NCBI GenBank assembly: GCA_963822945.1
Contig: CAWGJO010000026.1
Coordinates: 124,518 to 188,517, forward strand
Length of the DNA: 64,000 nucleotides
Origin: an uncultured Gemmatimonadaceae bacterium
GTDB taxonomy: Bacteria > Gemmatimonadota > Gemmatimonadetes > Gemmatimonadales > Gemmatimonadaceae
Reading direction: 5' to 3'
The notes below the pieces were generated by a model. It was not told where the DNA came from. It made no database searches and was given only the letters and a program-made list of their open reading frames with translations. Shown piece by piece: positions 1-12,657 of this stretch. The position numbers and the translations under genes were made by a program. Within the stretch, counting starts at the first letter, position 1. Every line of letters starts with the position of its first letter.

Positions 1-5
1 GTATC

Positions 6-1557
6 GTGGTCAGCGGAACGCGGCTGGGCACCCTAGGCTCGGGCGCCAACATCATCGCCGCCAACCGGATGCCGCCGGCGCCCATGCTGCTGCCGACGAT
101 GCCGTTGCACCCGGACTACGCGTTCGAGTACGCCCTGCGCGAGCGCGAGCAGCGCGAGATGCCGAAGTACGTCGCGTCGGCCCGCGCGTGGCAGGCCAAC
201 CATGAGCGGCAGGGCGCCGCGCGGAGCGTGACGTCCGCTACGGTGACCACCACCGGCGCGACCACCGGCGGCGGTGCCGCAGCCGGGACGTCCACCACGC
301 CCAGCCTGTCGCAGATCACCAGCAGCACCAAGGTCGGCGATCTCGTGAAGCTCAATACGAACGCCACCAACTACTGCACCAGCCCGACGATGGCCACGGC
401 GCGGGTGGCGGCCATCAGCAGCTCGGCCATCGTCGTCGCCGACACCTCGAATCCGGCCGGGGGCTTCACGGACGCGGAGTACGCGCAGTTCGCGACCGCC
501 ATGGACACGTTGGTCGAACCGGTGGATACCACCGCCTTCGGCGCCCCGTACGACATCGACGGCACCAACAAGGTGATCATCCTGTTCACCAAGGCCGTCA
601 ACCAGCTCACCACCGATCCAACGCAGGGCATCGTGCTGGGCTTCTACTATTCGCGCGACCTGCTTCCGGACTCCACGTGCGCCGGCAGCAACTTTGCGAA
701 CATGTTCTATCTGGTGGTTCCCGACCCGAACCGGACCATCAACGGCGGCAACACGTTCACCGCCAACAAGCAGAACGTGGCCAACATCGTGGTCAGCACC
801 ATCGGCCACGAATATCAACACCTGATCAATGCGTCGCGCCGCCTGTACGTGAACCACGCACCCAGCGCGAACGAGGTCACCTGGCTGAACGAGGGACTGA
901 GCCATATCGCCGAAGAGTTGATCTTCTACCGTTCCTCGGGACTCGGCCCGCGCCAGAACATCGGCACGGCCGCACTCTCCAACCCTGCGGCGTGGAATGC
1001 CTTCGGCCTGTTCATGTGGGGGAATCAGGGGCGCTACGAACAGTACCTGCCGGTCACCGAGACCAACGGGCCCCTGGGCGAGTACTCCGGTGACGACGCG
1101 CTGCCCACGCGCGGCGCCATCTGGTCGTTCCTGCGCTACGCGGACGACCAGCTCGGCTCTCACGAGCGAGACCCTCTGGCACCGCCTCGTGAACAGCCAG
1201 ACCACCGGCCTGGCCAACCTTCAGTCGGCTATGGGCACCGATCCCACCCCGTATTTCCGGAGTTGGGCCACGTCGGTGTTCACCGATGATGCGGTCCCCG
1301 GGATCCCGGCGCTCTACACCCAGCCCAGCTGGAACTGGCCCCAGGTGTACGCACGGGTGGGCAACGTGACGTACACCGCGCCGGTGAGCCACGTGCTCAC
1401 CAGCGGATCGGCGGTGACGACGACCCTCAACGCCGAAAGCGTCGGGTTCTTCCGGTTCGCGGTGGACAACGGGCAGCGCGGACTGGTCTCGGTCACCGGC
1501 CCCGGTGGCAGTGCCGTTTCGGCGGCGGTGCGCCTGACACTCGTGCGCACCAAGTAG
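6..1557 (+). CDS. Zinc metallopeptidase (HEXXH, M30/hyicolysin-like), probably 5'-truncated by the window, with an apparent frameshift near 1158-1161
   Basis: HEYQH followed by WLNEGLSHIAEE in ORF 6..1289. Protein-like sequence continues in the frame of ORF 997..1557 (TSETLWHRLVNS...LVRTK*) after ...RYADDQLG. Confidence 0.7.
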
Positions 1558-1619
1558 CGCGCGGGGCCCCGATCGGCGATGTTTCCAACATGAAGTCATC
1601 TGTGAGAATCGATAGCCTG

Positions 1620-2078
1620 ATGAAACGCGTGCTAGTGTTCGCCGTGGCGCTGTCCGTCGTTGCCTGCACGGGCGAGATCGCCGGACTCGGACCAGCCAGC
1701 GATCCTGCCACCGAGACCTTCGCGTCGTCGCTCGGCGTGAACCTGGCCGCCATGACCAAGACGCCCGACGGGCTGTACTACCGTGACCTGACCATCGGCA
1801 ACGGCGCCGTGCTCGCGCACGACACCACCGTCACGGTGACGTACTCGGGGTACCTGACCGACGGCACGCTGTTCGACTCGGGGACGAAGACCCAATTCGC
1901 CACGGCGCAGCTTGTGCCCGGTTTCCGGGAGGGCCTCATCGGCATGCGCGTGAACGGCCGGCGCCAACTGGTCATCCCCTCGGCGCTCGGCTACGGCGAG
2001 ACCGGCAGCCCGCCCACCATCCCGCGACAGGCCACCCTCGTGTTCGTTGTCGACCTGGTCAGCATCGACAGCGTGTAG
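1620..2078 (+). CDS. FKBP-type peptidyl-prolyl cis-trans isomerase, lipoprotein
   Basis: GLYYRDL, YSGYLTDGTLFDSG, GMRVNGRRQLVIPSALGYG and IPRQATLVFVVDL motifs; lipobox-like VVAC. Start could also be 1590. Confidence 0.92.
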   Translation: MKRVLVFAVALSVVACTGEIAGLGPASDPATETFASSLGVNLAAMTKTPDGLYYRDLTIGNGAVLAHDTTVTVTYSGYLTDGTLFDSGTKTQFATAQLVPGFREGLIGMRVNGRRQLVIPSALGYGETGSPPTIPRQATLVFVVDLVSIDSV

Positions 2079-2138
2079 CGACGTATGGGGGCCGGCGGTT
2101 TCCGCCGCGTTCGCCCCCCGGGGTTGACCGATCGTGTG

Positions 2139-2171
2139 CGGCCGCGGCATGTTCGCCGCGGCCGTTTTCTT
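2139..2171 (+). terminator. Intrinsic terminator after the FKBP gene
   Basis: 10-bp GC stem CGGCCGCGGC/GCCGCGGCCG followed by TTTTCTT. Confidence 0.6.
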
Positions 2172-2203
2172 GTATCCGACTCTCGCCTCCCCAGGAGGGA
2201 TGC

Positions 2204-3928
2204 ATGTCTCGCAGATGGTCTGCAGCCGCGGCTGCCATCCTCGTCGTTCCCGCACTGGCGCTCGCGCAGCGCGGGGGACGCGGTGGATTCGGCGCCAGCG
2301 GCGCCACCCCCGAAAACTCGGCGGTCTTCGCGCCGTCAGCGCCCACCTTCCCGACCGCCGATCCCATCATCAAGCGGATCTGGGCTATGGGCATGGACAG
2401 CTCGCACACCGAGCAACTGTCGCAGGTGCTGTTCGACTCCCTCGGTCCGCGCCTCATGGGCGCCCCCGACCTCAAACGCGCCCAGGATTGGCTGGTGGAC
2501 ACCTACAAGTCCATGGGCATCAGCGCCAAGGAGGAGCAGTACGGCACCTGGCGCGGGTGGATCCGCGGACCGTCCCACATCGATCTCATCGCGCCGCGGG
2601 TGCGCAGCCTCGAGGGCACGATGGTCGGGTACAGCCCGGGCACCGGCGGCAAGGACGTGGTGTACGAGACCGTCATCCTTCCGCACTTTGCGGATAGCAC
2701 GGAGTTCGTGCGGTGGCTGCCGCAGGCCGCCGGCAAGCTGGTGCTGGTGAATGCGCCGCCGGCCACCTGCCGTCCCACGGACGACTGGGCGGCCAACGCC
2801 GCCCCCGAAGTCGCCGCGCACATGGACAGCGTGCGTCAGGCGCTGGCGCGCGAGTGGGGCGGGCGCAACGTCCGCGGCACCGGATACAGCCTGGCCCTCG
2901 GCGGCGGAGAACTGGGCGTGCGCCTCGAAGACGGTGGGGCCGGCGGCATCATCACGTCGCGTCCCAAGAATGGTTGGGGCACGCGCGAGATCTTCGAGAC
3001 CTACAACGTGAAGACGCCGGCCGTCTCGCTCTCGTGCGAGGACTACGGCCTCGTGTTCCGGCTGACCGAGAACAACCAGCACCCGAAGCTGCGGCTCAAC
3101 CTCGACGGCACGCTGCTCGGCGAGCAGCCGGTGTTCAACGTCGTGGCCACGATCCCCGGCACCAAGCATCCCGACGAGTACGTGGTGCTCTCGGCGCACT
3201 TCGACTCGTGGGACGGTTCCTCGGGAGCCACCGACAACGGCACCGGCACGATCACGATGCTCGAGGCCATGCGGATTCTCCATCAGGTGCTGCCGCACCC
3301 CGACCGCACGATCATCGCCGGCCACTGGAGCGGGGAGGAGGAGGGCGAAGTCGGGTCCAAGGCGTTCACCGAGGATCACCCGGCGGTGATGAAGGGGCTG
3401 CAGATGCTCTTCAACCAGGACAACGGCACCGGCCGCATCGTGCGGTTGAACGCCGGCGGCCTGCCCGATGCCGCGGCACACCTCACGCGCTGGATGAACA
3501 CGGTTCCGGTGGAGTTCAAGATGCAGACCGGGTACGACGGGAGTCCGGGACGCCCCGCCGGCGGCGGCAGCGACGACTTCTCCTTCAGCTGCGCCGGCGC
3601 TCCCATCACCGGGCTCGGCGCGCTCTCGTGGGACTACGGCAACTACACCTGGCATACCGGCCGCGACACGTACGACAAGATCGTGTTCGCCGACCTGCAT
3701 GCCAACGCCACGTTGACCGCGATGCTGGCCTATCTGGCCGCGCAGGATCCGGCGCAGATCACGCGCCAACGCATCGACCTCGTCGCGCAGGCGCGTGCCG
3801 ACTCGATCGCGGCCGCGGCGCGCGGTGGCGGTGGCCGCGGCTTCGGGCGCGGGCGTGGCCGGGGCGGTCCGCCCACCTGGCCGAGTTGCGAGAAGGCACC
3901 GAGGAGTACGAATCCGCGGCTCAAGTAG
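2204..3928 (+). CDS. Secreted M28 family metallopeptidase (carboxypeptidase Q-like)
   Basis: Signal peptide; SAHFDSW, GATDNGTG, GEEEG, GSDD and YTWHT motifs; SD AGGAGG upstream. Confidence 0.9.
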   Translation: MSRRWSAAAAAILVVPALALAQRGGRGGFGASGATPENSAVFAPSAPTFPTADPIIKRIWAMGMDSSHTEQLSQVLFDSLGPRLMGAPDLKRAQDWLVDTYKSMGISAKEEQYGTWRGWIRGPSHIDLIAPRVRSLEGTMVGYSPGTGGKDVVYETVILPHFADSTEFVRWLPQAAGKLVLVNAPPATCRPTDDWAANAAPEVAAHMDSVRQALAREWGGRNVRGTGYSLALGGGELGVRLEDGGAGGIITSRPKNGWGTREIFETYNVKTPAVSLSCEDYGLVFRLTENNQHPKLRLNLDGTLLGEQPVFNVVATIPGTKHPDEYVVLSAHFDSWDGSSGATDNGTGTITMLEAMRILHQVLPHPDRTIIAGHWSGEEEGEVGSKAFTEDHPAVMKGLQMLFNQDNGTGRIVRLNAGGLPDAAAHLTRWMNTVPVEFKMQTGYDGSPGRPAGGGSDDFSFSCAGAPITGLGALSWDYGNYTWHTGRDTYDKIVFADLHANATLTAMLAYLAAQDPAQITRQRIDLVAQARADSIAAAARGGGGRGFGRGRGRGGPPTWPSCEKAPRSTNPRLK

Positions 3929-3935
3929 CGAACGA

Positions 3936-4020
3936 CGGTAGGTCGGTAGGATCGGTAGGTCGGTAGGCCGGTGGAACGGATGACTGCGGGACGCAGTCGG
4001 TCCGCTGCCGGCCTACCGTC
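3936..4020. repeat. Short tandem repeat (CGGTAGG x4 plus a degenerate copy) with a downstream inverted copy
   Basis: CGGTAGG at 3936, 3944, 3953 and 3961; GCCGGCCTACCGTC at 4007-4020 is complementary to the array. Confidence 0.75.
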
Positions 4021-4055
4021 TTTCCGTCCCACTCTCAGGTCGTAGATTGCGTTCC

Positions 4056-6056
<2,001 letters not shown>

Positions 6057-6085
6057 ACCCGGTGAAGTCTCCAGGGGAAACCCGC

Positions 6086-7855
6086 ATGGACCCGAGGGTG
6101 TCAGCGGTGACGGGACTCTTGCAGGGTAGACGGTCGCTCGTCGTGGCGGTGTGCGTGGTGACGTTGGCCGGGGCGTTCTACGCCGTCACCGTGCCGCGCG
6201 GATTCGACTTCGACTCCGACCACGCGCAGTACGCGGGCCTGGCCACGTCGCTGGCGCATGGAGCCGGGTACACCTTCAACGGGCGTTTCAACGTCAAGTA
6301 TCCCCCGGGGTACCCGGCGCTCCTGGCGCCGGTGAGCAAGGTGTCCGGCGGTAGCTATGGGGCGATGGCGGTGGTGACCGCCATCGTGGGGGCGATCGTG
6401 CTTGGGTTGGTGGTACTGTACGTTCGGGAGCGCGATCGCGCGCTTGGCTTGCCGATTGCGTTTGCGCTCGCGCTCTCAGCCGCCTACTACCGCGTGCTGT
6501 CGGATGCCGTCGCGTCCGACATGGTGTACCTCGCCACGACGGCGGCCTTTCTCCTCTGGGCAGAGCGTCGTTGGGCCACGGATGGGCGACGCTCTGCGGC
6601 CTTTGTCACCGGGGGGGCGCTCCTCCTGGCTTACGCCGTTCTGGTCCGCACGGTCGGCATCGCGCTGATCGTAGGCTTCGCCTTGACGCTGATCCAGCGC
6701 GCCGTGTCGCGTCGCGAACGCCCATGGGTCGGCGACATCGCCGTTGTCGCGACGGGCGCGGCCGCACTCCTGGGCTGGATGGTCATCCAGTCCATGAATC
6801 GACACCCTCTGTACCCCGGCCAGTACTACGATTCCTACGTTCGACAGCTGTTGGTGGCCGATCCGCACAATGTGAACAGCGGCTTGTTGACGCCAATGGG
6901 CGCCATTGCTCGGGCGATGAGGGCGATGCCCCTCCGCCTTGCCGGGATCGCGGAGCTGCTCACGAACCTGGCGTGGGTGAAACCGCGTTGGTTCTCGCCG
7001 GCCGTGGCGGGTGCGCTGGTGCTCATCGCCATCGGCGTGTACCGAGACCTCCGGAGATCGGTGCCGCTCGCGGCGTGGTACTTCCTCTGCTACATGGGCA
7101 TCATCGTGCTCTGGCCGTTTGGTGAGATGCGGTTCCTGGTGGATGTGGAATTCCTGTTCTTTCTGTTCGCACTGGGCGGGCTCCGTGCCATTCATGCGGA
7201 GGTCGTGGCGCGTCCGGACCGAGCGAGAAGGGGCGTGCTGGCCGTCGCCGCGGTGGCCGGGGCGCTTGGGGGCGCGACGTGGCTGTGGAATCGGTCCGGC
7301 TGGTCATTGCAGGATACCGCCGGCCTCGTGGCCTGGGGGGCATTACTGTTACTTGGCGTCTGGATGAAGCGCGGTACCTGGACGCGCCGCGCCGGGGCGG
7401 CCGTGCGTGCAACCGGGGTGGCGTACGTGGCCGGATACGTGCTGCTCGGCGCGAGCCAAATCGTACCGTTCGCCAGACGTAACGTCGTCGGAGCCCTGCC
7501 GCCGTGGATGAAGGTCCGGGCAAACGCCGCTGAGTGGCTGATCAGAAACTCGCCGCCCGGCGCTCGCGCCATGACGACGTGGGACGCATCCTTGCACTAT
7601 GCGACCGGTCGGCCGACCGTCCCCCTGCCGCTCTCCACGAGCGAGTCCGTGATGCGGGCGGCTCTGGTCGGTCTGGCACCGAACTATATCGTCGTATTCG
7701 ACTCGACCACCGAGGGCGGCCAGTACTTCCGCCCTGGCGACGAGGAGCGATTCGCGATCCTGCGAGCGGTTGCTCCCGGGCGGTTCGCGATCGCCGGCAC
7801 GTTCTCGGGCGGGCGGGTGTACGCGGTGCGGCGGAGCGAAACGGGCGTCCGGTAA
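6086..7855 (+). CDS. Polytopic membrane protein, GT-C fold glycosyltransferase-like (ArnT/PMT-like)
   Basis: Many hydrophobic segments; first-loop motif DSDHAQY..LA.SL..G.GY...KYPPGYP; soluble C-terminal domain (AAEWLIRNSPP). Confidence 0.65.
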   Translation: MDPRVSAVTGLLQGRRSLVVAVCVVTLAGAFYAVTVPRGFDFDSDHAQYAGLATSLAHGAGYTFNGRFNVKYPPGYPALLAPVSKVSGGSYGAMAVVTAIVGAIVLGLVVLYVRERDRALGLPIAFALALSAAYYRVLSDAVASDMVYLATTAAFLLWAERRWATDGRRSAAFVTGGALLLAYAVLVRTVGIALIVGFALTLIQRAVSRRERPWVGDIAVVATGAAALLGWMVIQSMNRHPLYPGQYYDSYVRQLLVADPHNVNSGLLTPMGAIARAMRAMPLRLAGIAELLTNLAWVKPRWFSPAVAGALVLIAIGVYRDLRRSVPLAAWYFLCYMGIIVLWPFGEMRFLVDVEFLFFLFALGGLRAIHAEVVARPDRARRGVLAVAAVAGALGGATWLWNRSGWSLQDTAGLVAWGALLLLGVWMKRGTWTRRAGAAVRATGVAYVAGYVLLGASQIVPFARRNVVGALPPWMKVRANAAEWLIRNSPPGARAMTTWDASLHYATGRPTVPLPLSTSESVMRAALVGLAPNYIVVFDSTTEGGQYFRPGDEERFAILRAVAPGRFAIAGTFSGGRVYAVRRSETGVR

Positions 7856-7916
7856 AGAACACCGATGCGCTGGCCAATCCGCAGGCGCTCGATCTCTTTC
7901 GCGACCTGCCGGAACT
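7841..7916 (+). repeat. Direct repeat copy 2 (orphan copy of the ligase 3' end, reads [27 protein letters not shown])
   Basis: Matches 5971-6046 with 3 synonymous mismatches. Confidence 0.95.
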
Positions 7917-7922
7917 GACGGC

Positions 7923-9662
7923 CTAGGAGCCGAGCCGCGGGCGATCGGACGAATTCACGGCGCGGGACGTGGCATCCGCGGACTCCCGGGCCTGCTCCGT
8001 GAGTTCCTCCACCACCCGCTGAAGCCGGGCCTTTCGCTTCCGCGCACTCGTGCCGTACGAATATCTGGCGGCCGCGAGCACGCCGCCGAATGTGGCAACG
8101 GCCATCGCCACCGCGCCGGCGACGCCGAACCAGCCGTGGGTCGCGGCCATCGGCATCGCGATGCCCGTCCCGCCGGCGGTGAGGTACGCGCCCCCCACTA
8201 TGCCGATGATCCGCGCCCGCCGGCCCAGCGCCTCCATGTTCTCTGCGGCCCTGATCGTCGTCTTGCCGTTTCGCGAGACCACCGAGATGTGTACCGTCCG
8301 CTGCCGGGCGAGTGACGTCCAGGTGAGCGAACGCCCCATGGTGGACACGGCGCCCGCCTGCTCCATGCGCCGGCGAATCGTGTCGGCCATCAGGTCGAAA
8401 TCGGACTCCGGGATCTCGGCGCCCACCACGGCCTCGTACTCGATGTTCATCGGCGCGCCGAGGAGTCTGGACGGTTTGGGGCTCACGTCGCTGACGGTCA
8501 CCGGCGTGCCGGCCGGCACGGCCATCTCCGGCGCGCGCACCAGCCCATGCTCCGCCATCGCATGGTCCACGTACTGCTCCGGGATGCCGGCCTCCAACGC
8601 CGATTGGCGCACCGACCCCAGATCGTATCCCGATGTGCGGCTGGCGTCCGCCGTCGCGTCGCGCGCCCGGGGCGCCGGCACCGGGCGCGGCTCGAGCCCA
8701 GTCATCGCCTGCAACTGGGCCGCGCGATTCCAGATCTCCTGCGCCTCCCCTTCCGACACCACGGCCGGCGCGTCGGGCGCCGTCTTCGCACGTGCGGCAT
8801 CGCGGGCCACCTCGCCCTCCACCTGCTGCAGCGCGTCGGCGAGTTCGGCGCCGTTCTGGAATCGTGCCCCGGGTTCCTTGGCCAGGCATCGGTCGATGAT
8901 TTCAGCCAGCGCCCGGGGGGCGTTGGGCGCCACGGTGAGCACCGGCGGCGCCGGCTTGGTCACCTGGGCCACGAGAACGGCCGAGGCCAGCGCCGCGTTG
9001 AAGGGGAAGCGGCCCGTGAGGGCGAAATAGGCGACCACGCCGAGCGAGTACAGATCGCTGCGTCCGTCCAGCGATTCGCCCGACACCTGCTCAGGGCTCA
9101 TGTAGTACACGGTGCCCAGCACCTGGCCGGTGGCGGTGAGCGGTGCCGCCTCCGCCAGGCGTGCGATTCCGAAGTCCGTGACCAGGGCCGAGCCGGTGGA
9201 CTGCTCGATGAGAATGTTCTCCGCCTTCACGTCACGATGGATCACGCCGTGCGCGTGGGCGTAGCCGAGAGCCAGCGCCACGTCGTACATCTCGCGCCGG
9301 ACTTCGCGCGGATCCAACCGCCGGGCCTCGCGTACGCGTTCGGCCACCGACGCGCCGTTCACGTATCCCATCGCGAAGAACACGTGTCCGTCGATCTCGT
9401 CGGCGCGATAGACCGGGACGATGTTCGGGTGCGAGAGCTTTGCGGCGGTCCGCGCTTCACGCAGGAAGCGTTCACGGATCGCCACGTCCGCCGCCAGATG
9501 CGGCGGCAGCGTCTTGAGCGCCACCGGACGGTCGAGTTTCACGTCGCGCCCCAGATACACGATCCCCATGCCGCCGCGGCCGATCTCCCGCTCCAGGGCA
9601 TACTGGCCGGCGAGCGACCGCGCGAAGTTCACGAATTCGGGAGTCGGCGAAGTGTCAGCCAC
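7923..9662 (-). CDS. Hanks-type Ser/Thr protein kinase with a C-terminal membrane-anchored domain
   Basis: GRGGMG, VALK, HRDVKAEN, DFG, GTVYYMSPE and DLYSLG motifs; two C-terminal hydrophobic helices. Confidence 0.93.
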   Translation of the reverse strand: MADTSPTPEFVNFARSLAGQYALEREIGRGGMGIVYLGRDVKLDRPVALKTLPPHLAADVAIRERFLREARTAAKLSHPNIVPVYRADEIDGHVFFAMGYVNGASVAERVREARRLDPREVRREMYDVALALGYAHAHGVIHRDVKAENILIEQSTGSALVTDFGIARLAEAAPLTATGQVLGTVYYMSPEQVSGESLDGRSDLYSLGVVAYFALTGRFPFNAALASAVLVAQVTKPAPPVLTVAPNAPRALAEIIDRCLAKEPGARFQNGAELADALQQVEGEVARDAARAKTAPDAPAVVSEGEAQEIWNRAAQLQAMTGLEPRPVPAPRARDATADASRTSGYDLGSVRQSALEAGIPEQYVDHAMAEHGLVRAPEMAVPAGTPVTVSDVSPKPSRLLGAPMNIEYEAVVGAEIPESDFDLMADTIRRRMEQAGAVSTMGRSLTWTSLARQRTVHISVVSRNGKTTIRAAENMEALGRRARIIGIVGGAYLTAGGTGIAMPMAATHGWFGVAGAVAMAVATFGGVLAAARYSYGTSARKRKARLQRVVEELTEQARESADATSRAVNSSDRPRLGS

Positions 9663-9680
9663 GTGAGGGCCTTTGGGGGG

Positions 9681-11387
9681 TTACGGTTTGAGGCGCGGCG
9701 CTCCAGGCGCCGGCGCCAGCGACGGATCGTCCGACACGGCCTCGCGGATCTGTTCGGCCAATTCGGTGGTGAGTTGGCGCAACGTATCTTTGCGCTTTCG
9801 GCTCCGGTTGGCAAAGATGGTGCGTGCCAGCCCATACATGGCCGCAACCCAGCCCAGTTCCATCAATATGGGGCCTGCCGGCGAGTGGAACATGTTGAGG
9901 CCGATGCTGATGGCCACCCCGGACATCCCTCCGCCCGCGCCGCCCATGATGCCGCCGAACAATCCACCGGCGAGCGAACTCATGTTCTCGACTGCACGCA
10001 CGGTCGTCTTCCCGTTCCGCGACAGCACGGATACGTGGACGGTGCGCTGCTTGGACAGGGTGGTCCACGACAGCGAGCGCCCCACGGCCGTGAGCGCCCC
10101 CGCCTCGCCGATCCGGCGGCGGATCGTCTCGGCCAGTAGATCGAAGTCGCGCTCGTCCATCTCGGCCCCCACCACGGCCTCGAACTCGATGTTGGTGGAG
10201 CCACCTGAGATCCACGAGACCTTCGGTCGCAGGTCCTGCACGGCCACGGTCACCGCGCTCGACGCCCCAGTCGAGACGAGTCCGTGTTCGGCCAGGGCAT
10301 GGTCCACGTACTGCGCGGGAATCCCTGCTTCGGCTGCTGCCTCGCGTACGTCCGAGAGCGCAAACCCCGACGTCCGTCCGGCGTCGCTTGCCGTGTCGCG
10401 CGGCCGCGGCGCCGGGGCCGCGCGCGGTTGCAGCCCCGTCTGCGCCTGCAGGGCGGCGGCCCGTTCCCAGATGGCCTGCGCTTCCGTCTCCGAAACGAGC
10501 TTCGGAGCTTGCGGCAGGCTGGCCGCGCGCGCGGCGTCACGTGCGACCTCGTTCTCCACGGCGTCGAGCGCGGCAGCCAACTCCCCGCCGGTCGAAAATC
10601 GCGCGGCCGCCTCTTTCGCCAGGCAGCGATCGACGATCTCCGCCAGCGCCCGCGGCACGTTCGGCGCCACCGTCAGCAGGGCGGGGGCCGCCTTGGTGAC
10701 GTGCGCCACGAGCACCGCCGATGCCATGGTGGCTTCGAACGGGAATCGCCCGGCGAGCGCGTAGAACGCGACCACGCCAAGCGAGTACAGATCGCTACGT
10801 CCGTCCAACGCCTCGCCGCCTACCTGTTCCGGACTCATGTAGTAGACGCTACCGAGCACCTGACCCGTGGCCGTGAGTGGGGACGCCTCGGCCAACCGGG
10901 CAATGCCGAAGTCGGTGACCATCGCCGTGCCGGTGGCGCTCTCGATCAGGATGTTCTCCGCCTTGATATCCCGATGGACCACTCCGTGGCGGGCGGCATA
11001 GCCCAGGGCCGACGCGACGTCGCGCATCTCTCGCAGGACCTCGCGCGCATCGAGCGGGCCCGACCGGCGGACGCGATCGGCCAGGGATTCGCCGTCCACA
11101 TATCCCATCACGAAGAAGACCTGGCCGTCGATCTCGTCGGCACGATAGATCGGCACGATGTCGGGGTGCGACAGTTTGGCCGCCGTCCGCGCTTCGCGCA
11201 GAAACCGCTCCCGCACCTGCGGGTCACTGGCCAGATGCGGCGGCAGCGTCTTGATCGCGACCGGCCGGTCGAGCTTCAGGTCGCGTCCCAGGTACACCAG
11301 CCCCATGCCGCCGCGCCCGATCTCGCGTTCGAGCACGTACTGGCCTTCGAGCAGTCGGGCGAAACTCGTGAATTCTGGCGTGGTCAT
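9681..11387 (-). CDS. Hanks-type Ser/Thr protein kinase, paralog of the adjacent kinase
   Basis: [21 protein letters not shown] and GSVYYMSPE motifs; colinear with 7923..9662. Start at MTTPEF chosen by alignment to the paralog. Confidence 0.92.
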   Translation of the reverse strand: MTTPEFTSFARLLEGQYVLEREIGRGGMGLVYLGRDLKLDRPVAIKTLPPHLASDPQVRERFLREARTAAKLSHPDIVPIYRADEIDGQVFFVMGYVDGESLADRVRRSGPLDAREVLREMRDVASALGYAARHGVVHRDIKAENILIESATGTAMVTDFGIARLAEASPLTATGQVLGSVYYMSPEQVGGEALDGRSDLYSLGVVAFYALAGRFPFEATMASAVLVAHVTKAAPALLTVAPNVPRALAEIVDRCLAKEAAARFSTGGELAAALDAVENEVARDAARAASLPQAPKLVSETEAQAIWERAAALQAQTGLQPRAAPAPRPRDTASDAGRTSGFALSDVREAAAEAGIPAQYVDHALAEHGLVSTGASSAVTVAVQDLRPKVSWISGGSTNIEFEAVVGAEMDERDFDLLAETIRRRIGEAGALTAVGRSLSWTTLSKQRTVHVSVLSRNGKTTVRAVENMSSLAGGLFGGIMGGAGGGMSGVAISIGLNMFHSPAGPILMELGWVAAMYGLARTIFANRSRKRKDTLRQLTTELAEQIREAVSDDPSLAPAPGAPRLKP

Positions 11388-11532
11388 CGTGATTGGCGAT
11401 ACGGAGGGCGCGCGCCGGGGTTTCGCCCGGCCGGTCAAGCAAAGATGCGCCGCCTCGCGGCCCGGCGCGACCCCGTTAGATTGGACGTATTCCACCCATC
11501 GCATGGCCGCATCCATCTGCGAGGACCTGATC

Positions 11533-12657
11533 ATGGCAACTCAGACTCTCCCGGCGCCGGCCCAGGCGCATGACACGTTCCCGATCAACGGGACCGACTA
11601 CATCGAGTTCTACGTCGGCAACGCCAAGCAGGCGAGCCTCTACTACCGGACGGCGTTCGGGTTCAAGCTGGTGGCCTACCGCGGCCCCGAAACGGGCACC
11701 CGCGACCGGGCCAGCTACGTGCTGCAGCAGGGCAAGGTGCGCTTCGTGCTCACCACGCCCCTCGGGCCGGACGATGAGATCTCCCGCCACATCGCCGAGC
11801 ACGGCGACGGGGTGAAGGACCTCGCCCTCTGGGTCAACAACGCCAAGACGGCGTATGCCAAGGCCATCAAGCGCGGCGCCGAATCGGTGCGCGAGCCGGA
11901 AGTGATCGAGGACGAGCACGGGCACGTGGTCATTGCCGCCATCAAGACGTACGGCGAGACCATCCACTCGCTGGTCGAGCGCAAGAAGTACAAGGGGCCC
12001 TTCCTGCCGGGGTTCGTGGCCGTGGATCCCGTGTACCAGGGCAAGTCCGTGGGCCTCAAGTACGTGGACCATTGCGTGGGCAACGTCGAACTGGGCGCGA
12101 TGAACAAGTGGGTCCGCTTCTACGAAGACGTGCTCGGCTTCTACAACCTCATCTCGTTCGACGACAAGGCGATCAGCACCGAATACTCGGCGCTCATGTC
12201 CAAGGTCGTCTCCAACGGCAACGGCCGCATCAAGTTCCCGCTCAACGAGCCGGCCGCCGGCCGCAAGAAGTCGCAGATCGACGAGTATCTGGAGTTCTAC
12301 CGCGGCCCGGGCGTGCAGCACATGGCGCTCGAGACCAACGACATCGTCAAGACCGTCACCAAGCTGCGCAAGAACGGCGTCGAGTTCCTGCGCGTGCCGG
12401 CGACCTACTACGACACGGTGCTCGACCGCGTCGGCCACATCGACGAGGACATCGCGCCGCTCAAGGAGCTTGGCATCCTCGTGGACCGGGATGACGAGGG
12501 ATACCTGCTGCAGATCTTCACGAAGCCCGTGCAGGACCGCCCCACCGTCTTCTTCGAGATCATCCAGCGCAAGGGCGCCAAGAGCTTCGGCGCCGGCAAC
12601 TTCAAGGCCCTGTTCGAAGCCATCGAGCGCGAGCAGGCGCTGCGCGGAAACCTCTGA
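11533..12657 (+). CDS. hppD: 4-hydroxyphenylpyruvate dioxygenase
   Basis: [47 protein letters not shown] and [16 protein letters not shown] motifs; SD GAGGA. Confidence 0.97.
   Translation: MATQTLPAPAQAHDTFPINGTDYIEFYVGNAKQASLYYRTAFGFKLVAYRGPETGTRDRASYVLQQGKVRFVLTTPLGPDDEISRHIAEHGDGVKDLALWVNNAKTAYAKAIKRGAESVREPEVIEDEHGHVVIAAIKTYGETIHSLVERKKYKGPFLPGFVAVDPVYQGKSVGLKYVDHCVGNVELGAMNKWVRFYEDVLGFYNLISFDDKAISTEYSALMSKVVSNGNGRIKFPLNEPAAGRKKSQIDEYLEFYRGPGVQHMALETNDIVKTVTKLRKNGVEFLRVPATYYDTVLDRVGHIDEDIAPLKELGILVDRDDEGYLLQIFTKPVQDRPTVFFEIIQRKGAKSFGAGNFKALFEAIEREQALRGNL

Noticed and set aside
1150..1170. Frameshift in the metallopeptidase as programmed recoding or a pseudogene
   Set aside because: No slippery heptamer or stimulatory structure. 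Similar single-base indels occur in paaD, paaZ and the terminal cytochrome, pointing to sequencing or assembly error.
3936..3974. CRISPR array at this or the other microrepeats (19480, 50908)
   Set aside because: Units are 7-9 nt with no unique spacers, and there are no cas genes.
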